Source: Eledone cirrhosa (lineage: Eukaryota). Taken from it: DNA of 64,000 bases. Shown here piece by piece: positions 35,486-49,609 of the stretch. The notes beneath the pieces were generated by a model. It was not told the origin of the DNA and did not search any database. It worked only from the letters and a program-made list of their open reading frames with translations. Location of the stretch: assembly GCA_964016885.1 (NCBI GenBank), contig OZ024743.1, positions 368,094,001 through 368,158,000 of the forward strand, in the 5' to 3' direction. Both the position numbers and the translations under genes were made by a program. Each line of letters starts with the position of its first letter. Position 1 is the first letter of the stretch.

Positions 35486-38400
35486 CCTACAAATATTAAA
35501 GTAATATATTATTGACATAGAATGTAAACAGATTATTTGAAGTATTTCACATAGCTGCAATATTTCTTATGAAACATGTTTGGCTGAGACAGTGTTCATT
35601 ATTTGGTGTCATGTATTTATAAACTTATAGCAACTGATATGATATTTAAATTCTTTTTCAATACTAAAAGCTGTATTGAATATCATCATCATCGTCGTTT
35701 AACGTCTATCTTCCATGCTAGCATGGGTTTAGACGGGAATTGTCCCACGTGAGACAAGATTGGTTGTCTTGCTCGTATAGGACTGATTTCTCAATTAGCA
35801 CTACTATTTTTTTATCATCTAGTCAGAAGGAAGAATAGTGCCCATCATCATTTAAAACTGGTGGGTGGGAAAAATGTAACCTATAACTAGAGACCTGGTT
35901 CAAATGCTTGCCATAGAGTGGACTCTGCTAAAAGCACTCAAGTACATGTTAGTAGTGTTAAACCAGGAAACCAATTTAGTCAACCACCCAAGTATGTCAT
36001 GATAGGATTTGAACTCAAAACACAAAATGCCAGAACAACTAGCATGAAGCATTCTGTTCAGTGCTCTAGTAACTTTGCCACTCTACCATTCTAAACTGGT
36101 ATATCCAAGTATTGTTTTTTTATCAGTATTAAAACTTCTAGACATACTAATCTCTTGTTTATTATAATGTTATCCAATCTGAGTGTTATAGTATCCTGAG
36201 GTGCTACCAATAAGCTCTAGGAGTGTCAAGAAACTTTAAGGTTTTCAACACTAATCTCTGATAGACTGACAATGCTGACAAAATAAATGTTCTCAAATAA
36301 AATTATCAAGGTGTGTCACTTATTAAAATATATGACTTTAGGTGTCAATATTTAATAACTCTTATGATTTATAGAACTTTAGTTTGTCTGTAAATGTGAA
36401 GACTGAAGCAATCTGGTGAACTGCTTTATGTTGTACTGCTGTTCTAACTATTTTCACATCCATATTTCATTATATTTACTCATTATGAGATAATAAATTT
36501 AGGCTGTTATACCCGAAATTAAAATATGAGTTACTGAGCAGTTATAAAAGAAAAAGGAAGAAGCAGTTGTTTAACTCCAGATTAATTAATCCTAAAATTA
36601 AGTAAACCTAAAATCAAATTCCTTCCAGTTTTTAACCATTCTGTCTTCTTTAGGGCATATATGACTACATTACCTCATGTGTCCTATCCTTATTTAAACA
36701 CTTATAGGTGGTGTAGTAACAGAAAGGATAGATTAAATTCTTTGTACTATTTAGTTACATCCCTTTGCATTCTGAGTTCATATTTCACTGGTCTAGACAT
36801 AGTATTTCATCTCTCTTTTGTTGTTCTTAGGTTGATTCAATTAACTACATCCATCTTTTACAAATTATCACTCTATGCCAAGGAGCATGGATGAATTGAG
36901 AGAACACATAGATGTAAGAGGAATCAATTTTTGTATACAAGAAAAATGGTTGGTCTAATTTGAGCACATGTGTATGGGGGATATCAGTTGTATAAAGTTG
37001 CAATGAACTCTTAAACTTGATGGAACATGTGGAAGGCATAGACAGTGGCCTAAACTGACCACATGGGCTAAACCTCATAACACAGATGATAAAGGTTCAT
37101 GATGATTGATGGCTTATGCTGCTGGAAAAAATTAATCTGCTACAGCAAGGACACCTTATACACTCCTGTTAAGTTTCCCCTCCTCTTCTATTAATCGATT
37201 GCTCTCCAACATGTCCTCCTACTCTCTCTCTCAACCATCCTACCCATTATATCTCACCTTATTTAAATCCAAATCCCTCCTACTCACTTTCTTCTTTCAG
37301 GTTCTCTGTATCACATTGTTCACAAAGTACAGGTAGCTTGGGATCTGTCAGATACCCATTGCCATCTGACTACTACTGTCCTGTATTTTTTGCATACTGC
37401 TTCACACATAGAGATACTCCTAAGCCTGCATATATGCATATACTCACTACATCCCTGCTTTCAATCTTATGATGGTGGTCCAACCACCACAACCTTTTGA
37501 GTGACCAGACATCACCTCATATCAAGCAGCCTACACTGCTCAACTACCCACTCTTGTTCCCTGTCTCTTGACTCTCTCTTGGTAATATATATGAAACCTC
37601 CATTGCCCTCTTCATAAGGCTTTTGCCATCATTCTTCCCACCTCACCTTCTCCTGTTACTGCTTTCGTTCACCCTGCTACAGTCATAATGATCTCTCTAA
37701 TAGTAGTGCTGGTGTCATGCTAAAATGCACCCAGTACACTCTGTAAAGTGGTTGGTGTTAAGAAAGGCATCATTTTTTTACATGGTTCATGTGATACATA
37801 TGAGCAGAAATGTTCCTCTCCACTCTGTCTAGTCTTATACCATGACAACCTGTCCGAATTATGCAAGCATGGAGAGTGGATGTAAAATGATGATATATTA
37901 GCTGCAATGATGAAAAAGCTGCAAAAGGTTATATGAGTGATGGTAGGAGAGAGCTAGAATGATAATGATAATAATGATAGTGGTTGATGAAATACGTGTG
38001 TACAGATCAATTACCATTCTTAATTGCATGATGGTGTAGCACAGAAATAGGGTAGAGAGTGATAACTGAGAAGTTAACAAATAAACTGACATTTAACAGG
38101 TGTGTACTAGGTGAGACCCACCAACATTATTTCAAAGACCACCAGTGCATAAGTTTTCTGAAGTCCCATGTGTCACTAATCATTGCAGTCCTTTGTTATC
38201 TCAGTGAGGTTCAGCTCTTTGAGGTCAGTCTTCACCACTTTGTCCCATATCTTCCTAGGTCCTTGTTTCTACAAGTTCAATTCATTCATGTGCTCAGCAC
38301 ATTATCCAACTGATATCCTTCATATACATCACATGCTTATACCAATGCAGTCTTCCTTCTTGCATACTACATTTGATCCCCGTTATATCCAGCTTTTCTC

Positions 38401-38799
38401 AGTTAATTTGTGCTACATTATTCATTCACACCAACATTACACATTCAGTGGTGTATAGTATATAAGAATATTTCATGATGTATAGTAATATCAATGTTTT
38501 ATAATGTTAATTCTCTCTCTGCTCTGGTTTTTACTCATTTAACTGTACTATGTTACATATATAACAAGGGAAGGCACTGTAAAGTGTTTAGTGTTAGGAA
38601 GTGCATCTTACCATAGAAACTATGAGCAAGACATGGTTCTTCCAATCTGTCTAAAAGGGTAGTAACTTAAAATAAGAACTGACTTACACTGTGATGACCT
38701 GTCCAACCCATATCATCATGGAGAACAGATGTAAAATGGTGATGATGTAATGTAGTGTAGTCTATAGGAGTAGTTTATAATGTAGTGTAGTCTATAGCA

Positions 38800-38990
38800 G
38801 TGGTTTGTAATGCATTGTCAGAAAAGAACAGCAATGATCAAATGCTTGTCAGAGACAGCTGAGAAAAGCTCAATGTCTCTCTGCCTGGGTCCTTAAAGTT
38901 TCAGGAAGAATCAAGGCTGAAACACTTAATGGGAGTTCTTCCTCTAAAGATCTTCCTGCTGTCTGCTTATTCTATCACAAGTTTTCACCT
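38800..38990 (+). mobile_element. 3' fragment of the Hero-like LINE family
   Basis: caggaagaatcaagg.ctgaaacact...gggagttcttcctct.aagatc matches the reverse complement of 15240-15360. Confidence 0.6.
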
Positions 38991-39408
38991 ACAGTAGTTT
39001 ATCATTATAAGTCAATTTCAGTATAGCCTAAGAAATGTTTTGTCCCAGCTCAGACATCAGCATGTAGACGTATGATCAGACATTTTGGCCAGAACCATTC
39101 TGTCTTTTTCTATATCCAGAACAATATAATCAAATTTTAAGCCCTTTAAAAAAACAATGTTGCAGTATGATTTGAGCAGGTATTATCCTAATCTCTTGCA
39201 TGCTGAATGATCACATGGAGGCTTCCTTGTTGGTTTGTTTAAGGATGTTTTAATATTCAAATGGCACAATATATAAGAAATATTGCAAGTTTTACAACAC
39301 TAAACCATGTCAGGCTTTGAACTTTGAGAAAATGAGATAAACTTTAGTACAAAATTAACTAAGAGTACAACAGATAAAGAAATAAGAATTGATGCCATTG
39401 TAAATAAT

Positions 39409-39580
39409 TGTTTCTACTATTGGCAATTAGTCAGTACATTACTGGTACTTTATTTTATCGACCCCGTAAGGATGAAAGGTAAAGTTAACCTTGGCGGGAT
39501 TTGAACTCAGAATGGCAAAGGCCGTAACTCTATGCGTCAAAGCATGGCGTCCGACCCTCTACCGATACTGCCAATCCACC
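39409..39580 (-). mobile_element. SINE family A, ~125 bp upstream of exon B
   Basis: Matches the family; TSD gccattgtaaataat at 39394-39408 and 39581-39595. Confidence 0.85.
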
Positions 39581-39705
39581 GCCATTGTAAATAATAGTAA
39601 TACATTGAATTAGTGTCTACTTCAATTAAAATATTTACTACCATCATCCTTTCTATGTCCATTTTTCCATATTTGTTATTTCAACAGAAGTATTATTGAT
39701 TACAG

Positions 39706-39847
39706 GTATATATTGGTAATTCCAATGGGCATGATGTCAAGAAAAATACCCTCACGTTTCCAGTAAGGGCACGATTTATCAAATTTCGTCCACAGCGTTG
39801 GAGTTCCTCAATGGCACTGAGGGCTGAAATTTATGGATGTAGTTTTG
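39706..39847 (+). CDS. Nrx-IV: Neurexin IV/CNTNAP-like gene, exon B (end of discoidin domain)
   Basis: ttacag|...|gtaagt. VYIGNSNGHDVKKNTLTFPVRARFIKFRPQRWSSSMALRAEIYGCSF, with GN, ARF and LR.E.YGC motifs. Phase 0 to 1, in frame with exon A. Not in the ORF track. Confidence 0.93.
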
Positions 39848-40159
39848 GTAAGTTTTAAGCTGATGTTTTAAATTTCAGTAGTTGCTTTATCTACTTATTG
39901 ATGTATTTTAAATGTTAGGCATCTAAAGTGCATCAACATTGCGTTTTCTAAAACATAAATATTATTTTTTCATTGATTGTTAAAGAATTATTTAAGAATG
40001 TAAAATTTTAGATTTTGTAAATTATTAAGTTTCTTTTCCATATTAATTTCCCATAAAACACTATTCTGGAAAAGTGAAGAAAACTCAAGTGTGTTTTGTA
40101 ATTTTGTTTACATATAAAGATTCTAATAATAACCGGTTATGTTTTAATTTATATTTCAG

Positions 40160-40369
40160 AAGCGGACATTGGTTTTTTTGATAGCAGAACCTACATTAGC
40201 TATGACCTCACCAACTTACCAATCCCCATACACACTGAAAAAGATCTTCTAAGAATTCATTTCAGAACCAGCAAACCTGATGGCATTCTTTTCTATACAG
40301 ATGGTAACCAAGGAGACTATCTTGGTTTAGAATTGAAGAGGGGATACTTATATCTTCATATTGATTTAG
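40160..40369 (+). CDS. Nrx-IV: Neurexin IV/CNTNAP-like gene, exon C (start of LamG domain 1)
   Basis: tttcag|...|gtgagt. EADIGFFDSRTYISYDL...LRIHFRTSKPDGILFYTDGNQGDYLGLELKRGYLYLHIDL(G), with the LamG FRT..PDG.L motif. Phase 1 to 1. Confidence 0.93.
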
Positions 40370-41664
40370 GTGAGTATTTTTCTTTTTTGTCATTTTCAGA
40401 TTGTTTAAAATCCATATAATCTATTGTTATACTGATAACATTTTATCGTTTGAAAGTTAATACTTTCCTGCTGTCAGTTGCAATTTAGATTTTGGATAAT
40501 ATAGAAAACATAAATTGGAATGTATTTAATATTGAACTTCCTCAAAGCTAAGAATTAAAGAATTTGGTTTCTCATAACACACTAGATAAGTGCTATACCT
40601 ATTTCCTATATTTGATTTTCATGAAAGTTCCATAAAATATACAATCCTACATAGTTAAGCTTGAGGTTTAGTTTCTAAAGCAATAGATACAATGGGCTTG
40701 ATGATTTCATTATACATACATTATTTATAGAGTAGAAATATTTCTTTTATTAACATGAAATCTACTTAAAAATAGAAAAACAAAAAGAGGCAACACCAAA
40801 GGAGCAGTTTGTTTTCTACACTGTAAATAGCTGCTGGTGTCTAAGAAGGTTGCTTTTGAATAAAAGAAAATTGCATTTCCATAGAGATGGGTTAACATTA
40901 GAAATATTATCTCCTGAGATAATAATATTTTAATATTGGCCTTGTTAGAGCCTGCAAATGTATTAGATTTATAGGACAGAATTCTGAAAACCTTAATAAT
41001 ATGGAAATAGAATATTTGAGATTTATTTTACATACTTGAAGCCCTGTTTATGATATAGACAAAAAGATGTTACAATACTGATTTTATATCACTTTGTATT
41101 TGCTGATGTTTTTGCTTTTACTTCTCGCCTTTTCCCATCTTTTGTTAGGTTTTTGATATATTGATAGCAAACTTATAAAATCAGAGGTGGCCAAATAAAC
41201 TGTTACTCTGACTTATTATTAATAGTGATAATAATGAGAAGATTATTAGAAAGTTGATTTGGCTGCAGCTTGAAATCTAAATTGATTGTAATATTTCCAA
41301 TATATGTATGTTTTTCTTACTTTTGTCTATCTAATGTCATCTTTTAAGCTTCATATTCTTCTCTAATATTTCTGTCTCCTTCTTAGGAGTGTCAACTATA
41401 AACATACTGCTGTTACATTAGCTAAATACTATGATCTCCATATCAACTGTCATAATTTCTAATTCATTTTTGTTTTATGGATATCATATCCTCTTATCTT
41501 CATGATATTAGCCAACCTAGGAAAGCTCAAACTTTGAGAATATTTGTATAATTAAAGAGAAATTATTTAATAGAAGCCATCAAATATCACCAGGATGTTA
41601 TCTTGTTAGTATCACTGTTTCAATTTATTATGGTTGTTGCAAGTTGTGCATTCATTTTCAGAAC

Positions 41665-43615
41665 TCATCATCATCATCATTTTATGTCCATTTTTCCATG
41701 CTTGCATGGGTTGGATGGGTCCTTCTCTGCAAGGCATCTCTCCACTTGTCATATTCCTTTGTCATCTCCTCTGTGAGTCTCAGTGATTTGAGGTTAGCTC
41801 TCACAACCCCTGCTCAGGTCTTTTTTTGGTCTTGCTCTACTGCGGCTTTCTTCCACAGGCATTTCCTGGCACTTCTTCACCCAATGATCATTGTCCATGT
41901 GCATCACATGTCCATACCAACAGTCTTCTCTCCTGCACACCACCTTAAATACCTCTTAAACCCAGATTTTCCCTCAACTCATCCAAGCTCTACCTTTCTC
42001 TCACATTTACATTGCATATCCAATGGAGCATGGTTGCTACATTTCTCCCCAGTCTACGCATGTTCTCTACAGTCACAGCCCATGTTTCATTACCATGCAG
42101 CATCGTACTTCCCTCTCAGGCATCATACAGTATGCAGGGAGAAACTTTTTGTGGTTAACAGTAGGAGTAGCTCACCAAACGTCTTCCATCTTTGGTCCTC
42201 ATGCTATAAAACATGTTTAAATGTTTTATTTTCTGCTTCCCTTCTTGCATGGTATACTTGTCATCTAGCTTCTCTCCTAGCACTTTGATAGATTTCTTTA
42301 CTACCCCCATTTTGCCATTCCTTCCATGCCTGTATTTTGGTCTTAATTGTCTCATCTACCTTACTATTCCACCGCTAAATCACTTTCCTTCTCCCTAGAG
42401 ATCTACTCCAACTGTAGGTTTCATTTGTCGCCTTCAGTAGGTTGTCTTTCAGGAACTCTCACTCCTCTTCTATATCGCATTTCTCTATTTGCTCTTCCTT
42501 ACTGTCAAAAGCATAACTCAACATACTTCTAAATTTGTTAATGGTTGATGGATCTTTTAACTTCCATATTCTTCTCGTCCTGGTTGCTTTCTGTTGCCTG
42601 GTTCTTCTAGCCCTATCTATAAGGTTGCTAACTGTTTAGTTATGTTGGGAGGTGCATTCTTCACTAGGGAGGAACTTTGTGTTCACAACAGTTACTCTGT
42701 CTTGTCTTCTGGTAAGAATAAAATATATCTGGCTGGCAGGCTCATCTGATCTATGAATGATTTAGTCGATGTCCTGCTATTTGAAGTTCGTGTTACAGGT
42801 ATATGGGTCATTATCCTGAAACCTTCCTCATTTCTAGCATCAAACCCGTAGCTCCTGTTTATTCTGTTGAAACCATTGTAGTGTTGGTCATGTTGCTCAA
42901 CATGCCTATTAAAGTCACCTGCAATGTGTATGAAGCCACTGTTGCTTATTTGGGAGGTTGTGAGCATTAAGGACTCATAGAACCTATCTTTTAGTAAGTC
43001 TGGAAGTCCAGATTGAAGTGCATATGCAGATATGATTGTCACGGCTGCTCTATTTAGTACAAGCCTAAGTTTAATTATTCTCTCATATATTCTATTTTCA
43101 GCAATTACTTTATCTACCAATTTTTCTGCTACCAAAATCCCTACTTAACCCAACCTATTGTCATTTCCCACCCAGAAAAAAATCGTAGCATCGTTTTTTG
43201 CCCCCAAGAAATCTAGCTGACATTCCCCTCCATCTTGTCTCTTGTACACATCATCATCATCATCATTTCATTTTACGTCCGCTTTTTTCCCTGCTTGCAA
43301 GGGTGGGACGGGAACTGATGCTGGCTTGATTTCTACAGCTGGATGCCCTTCCTAACACCAACCTCATTTACAGTGAGTGCTGGGTGCTTTTTTGCTGTGG
43401 CACCTCCACAACCACTTTGCAGTGGAATGATATGGACCCCAGTCCCTATCATCTCATTTCTACAGCTGAGTAAACTGGAGCAATGTGAAATAAAGTGTCT
43501 TGCTCAAGGAAACAACACATCACCCGGTCTGAGAATTGAACTCACAACCTTTCGATTGCAAGGCCAATGCTCTAACCACTAAGCCATGTGCCTCCACGCA
43601 ACACTTATATATATT
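41665..43615 (-). mobile_element. Degenerate, internally deleted RTE LINE with a nested SINE
   Basis: APE motifs TIISAYALQSG, AGDFNRHV and YGFDARNEEG. (GAT)n tail with catggaaaaatggacataaaa. Confidence 0.78.
43249..43597 (-). mobile_element. SINE family B, full length, RTE-type tail
   Basis: Head matches 32807-32940; tail ...gcggacgtaaaatg..(gat)n. Confidence 0.85.
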
Positions 43616-44481
43616 CTGAGGTATGTTAGAAACTCAGTGTATTCTTTTGACACATGTATCTGCATTATTTATACATCTGATAGCTTCTTTCATTCATTTT
43701 ATTCTCTCAAATTCTTTTAACTCTGTTTCTTATTTTCTTCTATATATTCATAGAATCACATTAACATTGTGTTGCTTATCAGAAATTTATCACCTCATCA
43801 ATGTTATAGGTAGAAATATACACAATTATCCTTTGCACAAATTCTTCCCTGGAGACTTGTTTCTACATTTAAAAAGGAAATTTGAAAACTAAAGGGAATA
43901 ATGTATAAATCTGTGTTTACTAAATTCGTGAGAATCTTCTTTCAATTTTTTATACTGTAGCTTTGCTATTTCTATGGAAATAGACAATATTGGGATTTTT
44001 GTGTTTTATTTGTGAATCTTGTGTGAAAATGGGATTATATAAAGTTAAAAATGACAAGGCTGCCAATCATCAACAGTTTTTATCATTACCATGACCAGTA
44101 ATGGATAGCAATTAGAGTATAAACAATTAATCTGGTTGGTGTTAAAAGATTCTTTGAAATGAAATTTTGCTTCATCTAATTTGACCATTTCCAATTCTAC
44201 CCAGTGTATTTTGCTGTTATTGCAGATATTTCATAGATCTTATTGTTCTCTCTAAATACATATGTTAATATGGTTAAATTGTTGTAATACTGTGTTATAA
44301 ATAATATAAGAAATGTTACAAAACATACTTTTATGCCAGTCTGGTTAAATAAATGTTGATATATTTGCTATTTGTTCCTTTGAGTTGTTTCTCATATACA
44401 TTGCTCCGGCTATCTTTCTTATATTAAAATAATGTTTGTCTGTATATTGGTTTTGGTTCTCTTGCGTTAGAAAGATATGTT

Positions 44482-44512
<31 letters not shown>

Positions 44513-45762
44513 GTTAAAATATAGAGGATGATATACCGGATATTTGTTGCAGTTTAAATGATAAAATGAGTGAGATTCTATATAAAGTTTACTGTAAGGC
44601 CAAACAATAACAATCTTTGCATTTGTATCTAATTATGTGTCTATATGAGAGTTCCATTTCTATAGAATGCAGTCTGTTTCCAGTGTTTACTTCATTTCAC
44701 TAAGCAATTCTCAGAGATGTTCTCATTAGTCTGACTGATTGTATTTTTATGAGCTAGACTTTTGAACCTGTTAGTATGTTATATGAACGGAAGGTGAAGT
44801 TTATTGGATTCTATCACTATCACTGCCAACTCAGTTTTAAGGATGAGCACTCACAGTATGTAAAGAATTACATTAGAAAAAAATCTCTTATGAGACACTA
44901 TGAATAAAATTTCATCTCCTTTTACAGCCATCATTCACTGTTTGAATATACAGCTGGAAATATATTTGATTTAGAATGGGTCATATTTATTTCTGGCTAA
45001 ACCATGAGCTTTTATGACCATGAATGTATACCAAATACAATAAACTTTACCTCATGAATCTATATCATTTCTGTAATTTTTTGTATTACTCATTGCAATG
45101 TATTTTTCAAGATATGAATAAATACTAAAATAGGTATTCCCCATGCAAAGCAATTTATATCTCATTTTAAAAACATCCTATATACATGTTTGGTTTTGTT
45201 GAATGAGTTTTTATCTGTGAACTAGATAGATGGGATGACAGATTTGAAAGGAAAATACATTACTTTATACTATTTGTGCAACTGAAATATTGAAAATACA
45301 TTTTAAGAAAAAATTTGTATGAAACATAAGTTAAAGCTGCCTGAAAATATTTACTTCTTATTTTTCAGTGTATTAAATTGATTTTTTTAAATGATCTCTA
45401 TTAGCTAAAGGTTTGGATTGCAGATTTAGTAGAGTGGCTAACAAAATTTTATCACATCCCTTTACATTTTGAGTTCAAATCTCATCAAAGTCAACTTTGG
45501 CTCTCTTCCTTCTGAAATTGATGAAATAAATACTAGTTAAGCACTGTTGCTTATAAACTGATTGTTCCTTCTCCAACTATTTGTAACCCCAAACCTATAT
45601 TTTAAATTATGATTTCTAATAACTTTTAAAGAAAATATTTATTAACTATGAAGACATTTCACAATAATCTTCATATCTAAGTTCAAAAACTGAATTCTCA
45701 GTAACTAAAACTTGGACATTCCCCAATGTTATATGAAAATCAAGATTACTCCCTTACCATCT

Positions 45763-45825
45763 AATATGTTTAGAGCCTATTATATTCTGTTATTAAATAT
45801 GTTTAGAGCCTATCATATTCTGTTA
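45763..45825. repeat. 33-bp tandem duplication
   Basis: aatatgtttagagcctat(t/c)atattctgtta occurs twice. Confidence 0.8.
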
Positions 45826-47248
45826 CCAAATCACGGTTACTGAAAAAATGTGAGCAAGAAGGGAATTCTGGGGAGAAATGACTAAAAACTGGGGAAGTGG
45901 ACACAATGTGGGTGAACAGAGATATGAGGTAGAAGTGCATGAGATGAGACCAACCATATCTGAAGAACAAAGGCCACTTCTATAGTATTAGAAGAGGTAA
46001 AGGTTAATCTGTTGGTGAGCTTCTTTATGCCAATCAGTTAGGTAACCTTTATTTGGATGTGGTCTATGTATAATGTTTGTGTGTAACAGCAGCAATGTCT
46101 TAGATTTATGAGCAATACTTTAGTGCGAGTCTCTCATGAACTTTGTTGAGGGCTAGTAGTTGTTGGGGGCTGAAGTATTTTCTGTCTCAGAAGAAGAGGG
46201 CCAGTGTGACACAGTCTTTTCTGTGTTGAGGATGTGCATTCACTAGGCAAGATCCTAAATAATGTAGATGAAATCTAGGGAACAATAATTATAGTGATAT
46301 GTCATTATAAGTAATACTTTTCTGGATAATCTGATATACTATTTCAGTAACTAATATCACACCGTCACATCCTCCTGGTTTTTTCCAGATCTCACCAGCT
46401 ACATTTTCGGCAACTACAAGTTTTCTGTTTACATTATTCAGCTTTTGTCTTCTAGTTTCTATTTTGACTCCACTATGGTTTCCCTCCTTGCTCTCTCTGA
46501 ACATACAATAACACTCTTTGTTCAACAACTTCATTAAGGCATAACTTTTCTTGTCTTTTATTCTTTTTAATGACCATTTCATTTGGGAGTGCATTTGGAT
46601 TTTTCATTGTGTTCTTTGATTTGATAAAAAAAAGAAGACAGGAACGACGCTTTCAGAAATAAAGACTAAATATGACACATATTTTAATTGGGTTTCTAAA
46701 GATATTTCCTTACTTTCTCTACAAAACATTAGTTCTTAGAAGTGACATAATTGTAATAAATACTTCTGCCTTAAGTTTCTACTTAGATGTTTGAATTACT
46801 GGTATCAGTATTGATTTTGTTGGGTTGCTATGGTGAAAAACTTGACATCAATTTGAATCAATTTCATGAAAGAAAATGTTATGTTTGCCATGAAATTAGT
46901 TTTCTATTTTTCAATGTTAGTTAGGTGAGGTGGGCAGTGTCTATGACCATTGCAGATACTCTAAAATCGGTGACATTGATGTGGTCGATGCCCAGTCTGA
47001 AAAGATACAAGCTAATGCCTGTAGGAAAAAATAAAGTAGAGAGAAGCAGGAGTCTAGTGTAAGTGCTTGCAACATAATATCTCCATTAAAGGCTAAAACA
47101 AAAATATTACACATTAAATATTCTAGTTTGTTTGATATTTCTAAAATACAACTTGGTTTATAAATAAATTTATTAAAATATGTTATATAGGATGAACTGA
47201 ACTGAATTGAAAAGAGATGAATATATAATTTTGTTTTAATTGTGACAG

Positions 47249-47427
47249 GTTCAACACCAATGAGCCGAGGAGCTACTACACTTTTGGGAGGAAGCATGTT
47301 AGATGATCACCAATGGCATGATGTAATCTTAATACGTGACAAGAAGAAAATCACATTCATTGTTGACCATTTGGAGACCATTGAAGAAGCTAATGGTGAT
47401 TTCTTTCGTTTGGACATTGACAGTAAG
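47249..47427 (+). CDS. Nrx-IV: Neurexin IV/CNTNAP-like gene, exon D (LamG domain 1)
   Basis: gtgacag|...|gtaaag. GSTPMSRGATTLLGGSMLDDHQWHDVILIRDKKKITFIVDHLETIEEANGDFFRLDIDSK; GS.LDD..WH.V is typical of CNTNAP LamG1. Phase 1 to 0. Confidence 0.93.
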
Positions 47428-47444
47428 GTAAAGAAATGTATATT

Positions 47445-49030
47445 GTCTCTTCTCCTTCTTCTTAGGTCATGGGGGCAGAGTCCTCAAACATTCCATCCAG
47501 CAGGTCCTGTCAGAAACAACCATTTCCAATTGATCTAGCTGGATCCCCAAATGACAGCAGCCAAGCTCATGGATATTATTCAACCATCATGCTCTGCGTC
47601 TACTTCTGGGTCTCCTGCTGGTTGGTTTTGCCTGTAAAATTTGTCCAGCGATTTTTCCCTGAGAAATTCTAACCACATGTCCATAGAATTGGAGCTGGAA
47701 TCCCTCAATTTGGAGAAGTAGTGGCTCTACCTGGAGTGACTCTCTGATCTCCAAGCTATGCACTCTATTGAATAATGTTGCTCCAAAAGGAACCACATTT
47801 CAGTTGCTTGTAGTGCCACTCATATTCTTATGGTCATTGGTCAAGATTCATGACCATAGGTAAGGGTTGGCATGAATACTGAATTGAAGATAGTGAGTTT
47901 GGCTATAATACCTACCTCCATTCTTCTGATTATCGAATGTTGAAGCTGGTGCATCCTGCAATTATTGCACTTATTTCAACCTCTTGCCTTCTATCACTCG
48001 TGAACACTGCTCTGAGATACTTGAACTTCTCCACCTTCTTCAGTGGAACTCCATTCACATGAAGAGTGCACTGCGCCGGTTTCCTTGAGAGGACGAGTGT
48101 CTGTTTTCACAGCACTCATTTTAATTCCATCCATGCTGCACTCGGCATCAAACCAATCAAGTGCTAGTTGGAGATGACCTTCTGTCAAGTTAAGTAATAC
48201 CATGTTGTTTGCAAATTCCAGCTAACTGATCCTACACCTGCCTGTCATGATATCACTTCCAACCTGGCTGTGCATGTCAAACCTGTTTATGAAAATAATG
48301 AACAGGATAGGTGACAGTACGCACCTTTGGTAGCGTCCAACACACACATGGAATGGTTTTGATTAAGAACCATTTATTCAAACACAAATATTCAGGCATT
48401 CGTATAGAGACATCAGGACAAGAAGCTGACCATCTATCCTATACTTTTTCAGAACACTCCACAGCAGGTCCTGTGGAATTTCAGTCATATACCTTTTCAA
48501 GGTCTACAAAGTAAGAATACACCACTTGGCAGTACAATTTCTCAAAGACCTGCAGCAGTGTGAATATTTGGTCTACTGTGTTGTATCTGGGGCGAAAACC
48601 ACTCTGTTCATCAGCTAGCTTGGACTCGACAATCTCCCTGCATCTCTTTTCCTGACACTTTAGCACGACGGCTTATACCTTACCAGGGAGGCTTAACAAG
48701 GAGATTCGTTTATAATTGGAGCAATCTCTCTTGTCTCCCTTTTTAAAAATTGGGATCATCCTCCCGATTGCCAATGCTTAGGTACCTTTCCAGAGATCCA
48801 GGTCACCCAGCACCCATGAAGCAACCAGAGAATACTTTCTCTATTTAAGGTTTTTAACATCCCGGGCCGAATTTCATCTTCCCCAGTGGCCTTACCACAT
48901 TTAAGCTCTTTAATTGCTTTAGTACCTCAGCATCCGAGAGATTAGTCATTGCTCTCATATGCACATTGTGTATATCAGAAGATGCTGTTGCAATTGTGTT
49001 TAGGAGATCAGCAAAGTATTCTTTCCACTG
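47445..49030 (-). mobile_element. Degenerate RTE LINE (RT to 3' end), starting ~18 bp after the exon D donor
   Basis: DEQSGFRP..TVDQIFTL, FVDLEKVYD and QLQFYGHVVR motifs; (AAG)-like tail. Confidence 0.8.
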
Positions 49031-49609
49031 TTTTATTTTTGTAAGTTGTAAAGTTAAAAACTAAGTTACATATTCCTGAGTTATGATTATCCAAGATGAT
49101 GTGTTGAGAATAAAACAATTGTATCTTGATAGAATCATTGTAGCTATCAAAGAATATATAGACACTATTTTATTCACTACTATTTAAATATTATTTTCTA
49201 ATAATTATGTATATTGTTAAATGTCAATATCATAGAACTAGTGTGTCAGAAACCAAGTCATAGATGTGTAATTTTTTAATCATTTAGTCAGGAGAAAGGA
49301 CAACATCCATAATCATTTCCAGGGCATCCAAGACTAGTGGGAGGAGGGAAGTTAGCCTCAAACCAAAGATATAGTTTGAATGTTTGCAACAGAACAGACT
49401 CCACTAAAAGCAATGAAGTGGTGGTGTTACACTAGGTGATGGATTAAGTTGCCCACCCAAGTTGGTCATAGTAGAATGCAGAGAGTTGAAACAACTACCA
49501 CAAGGAATGCTCTCAGACTTCCTAAGGATTCTGTCAATTCACTAGGGTACTTTATCAACTCTGGAAAGACGAAATGCAGAATTGACTTGATATTGTCTAT
49601 ATGCTTCAG

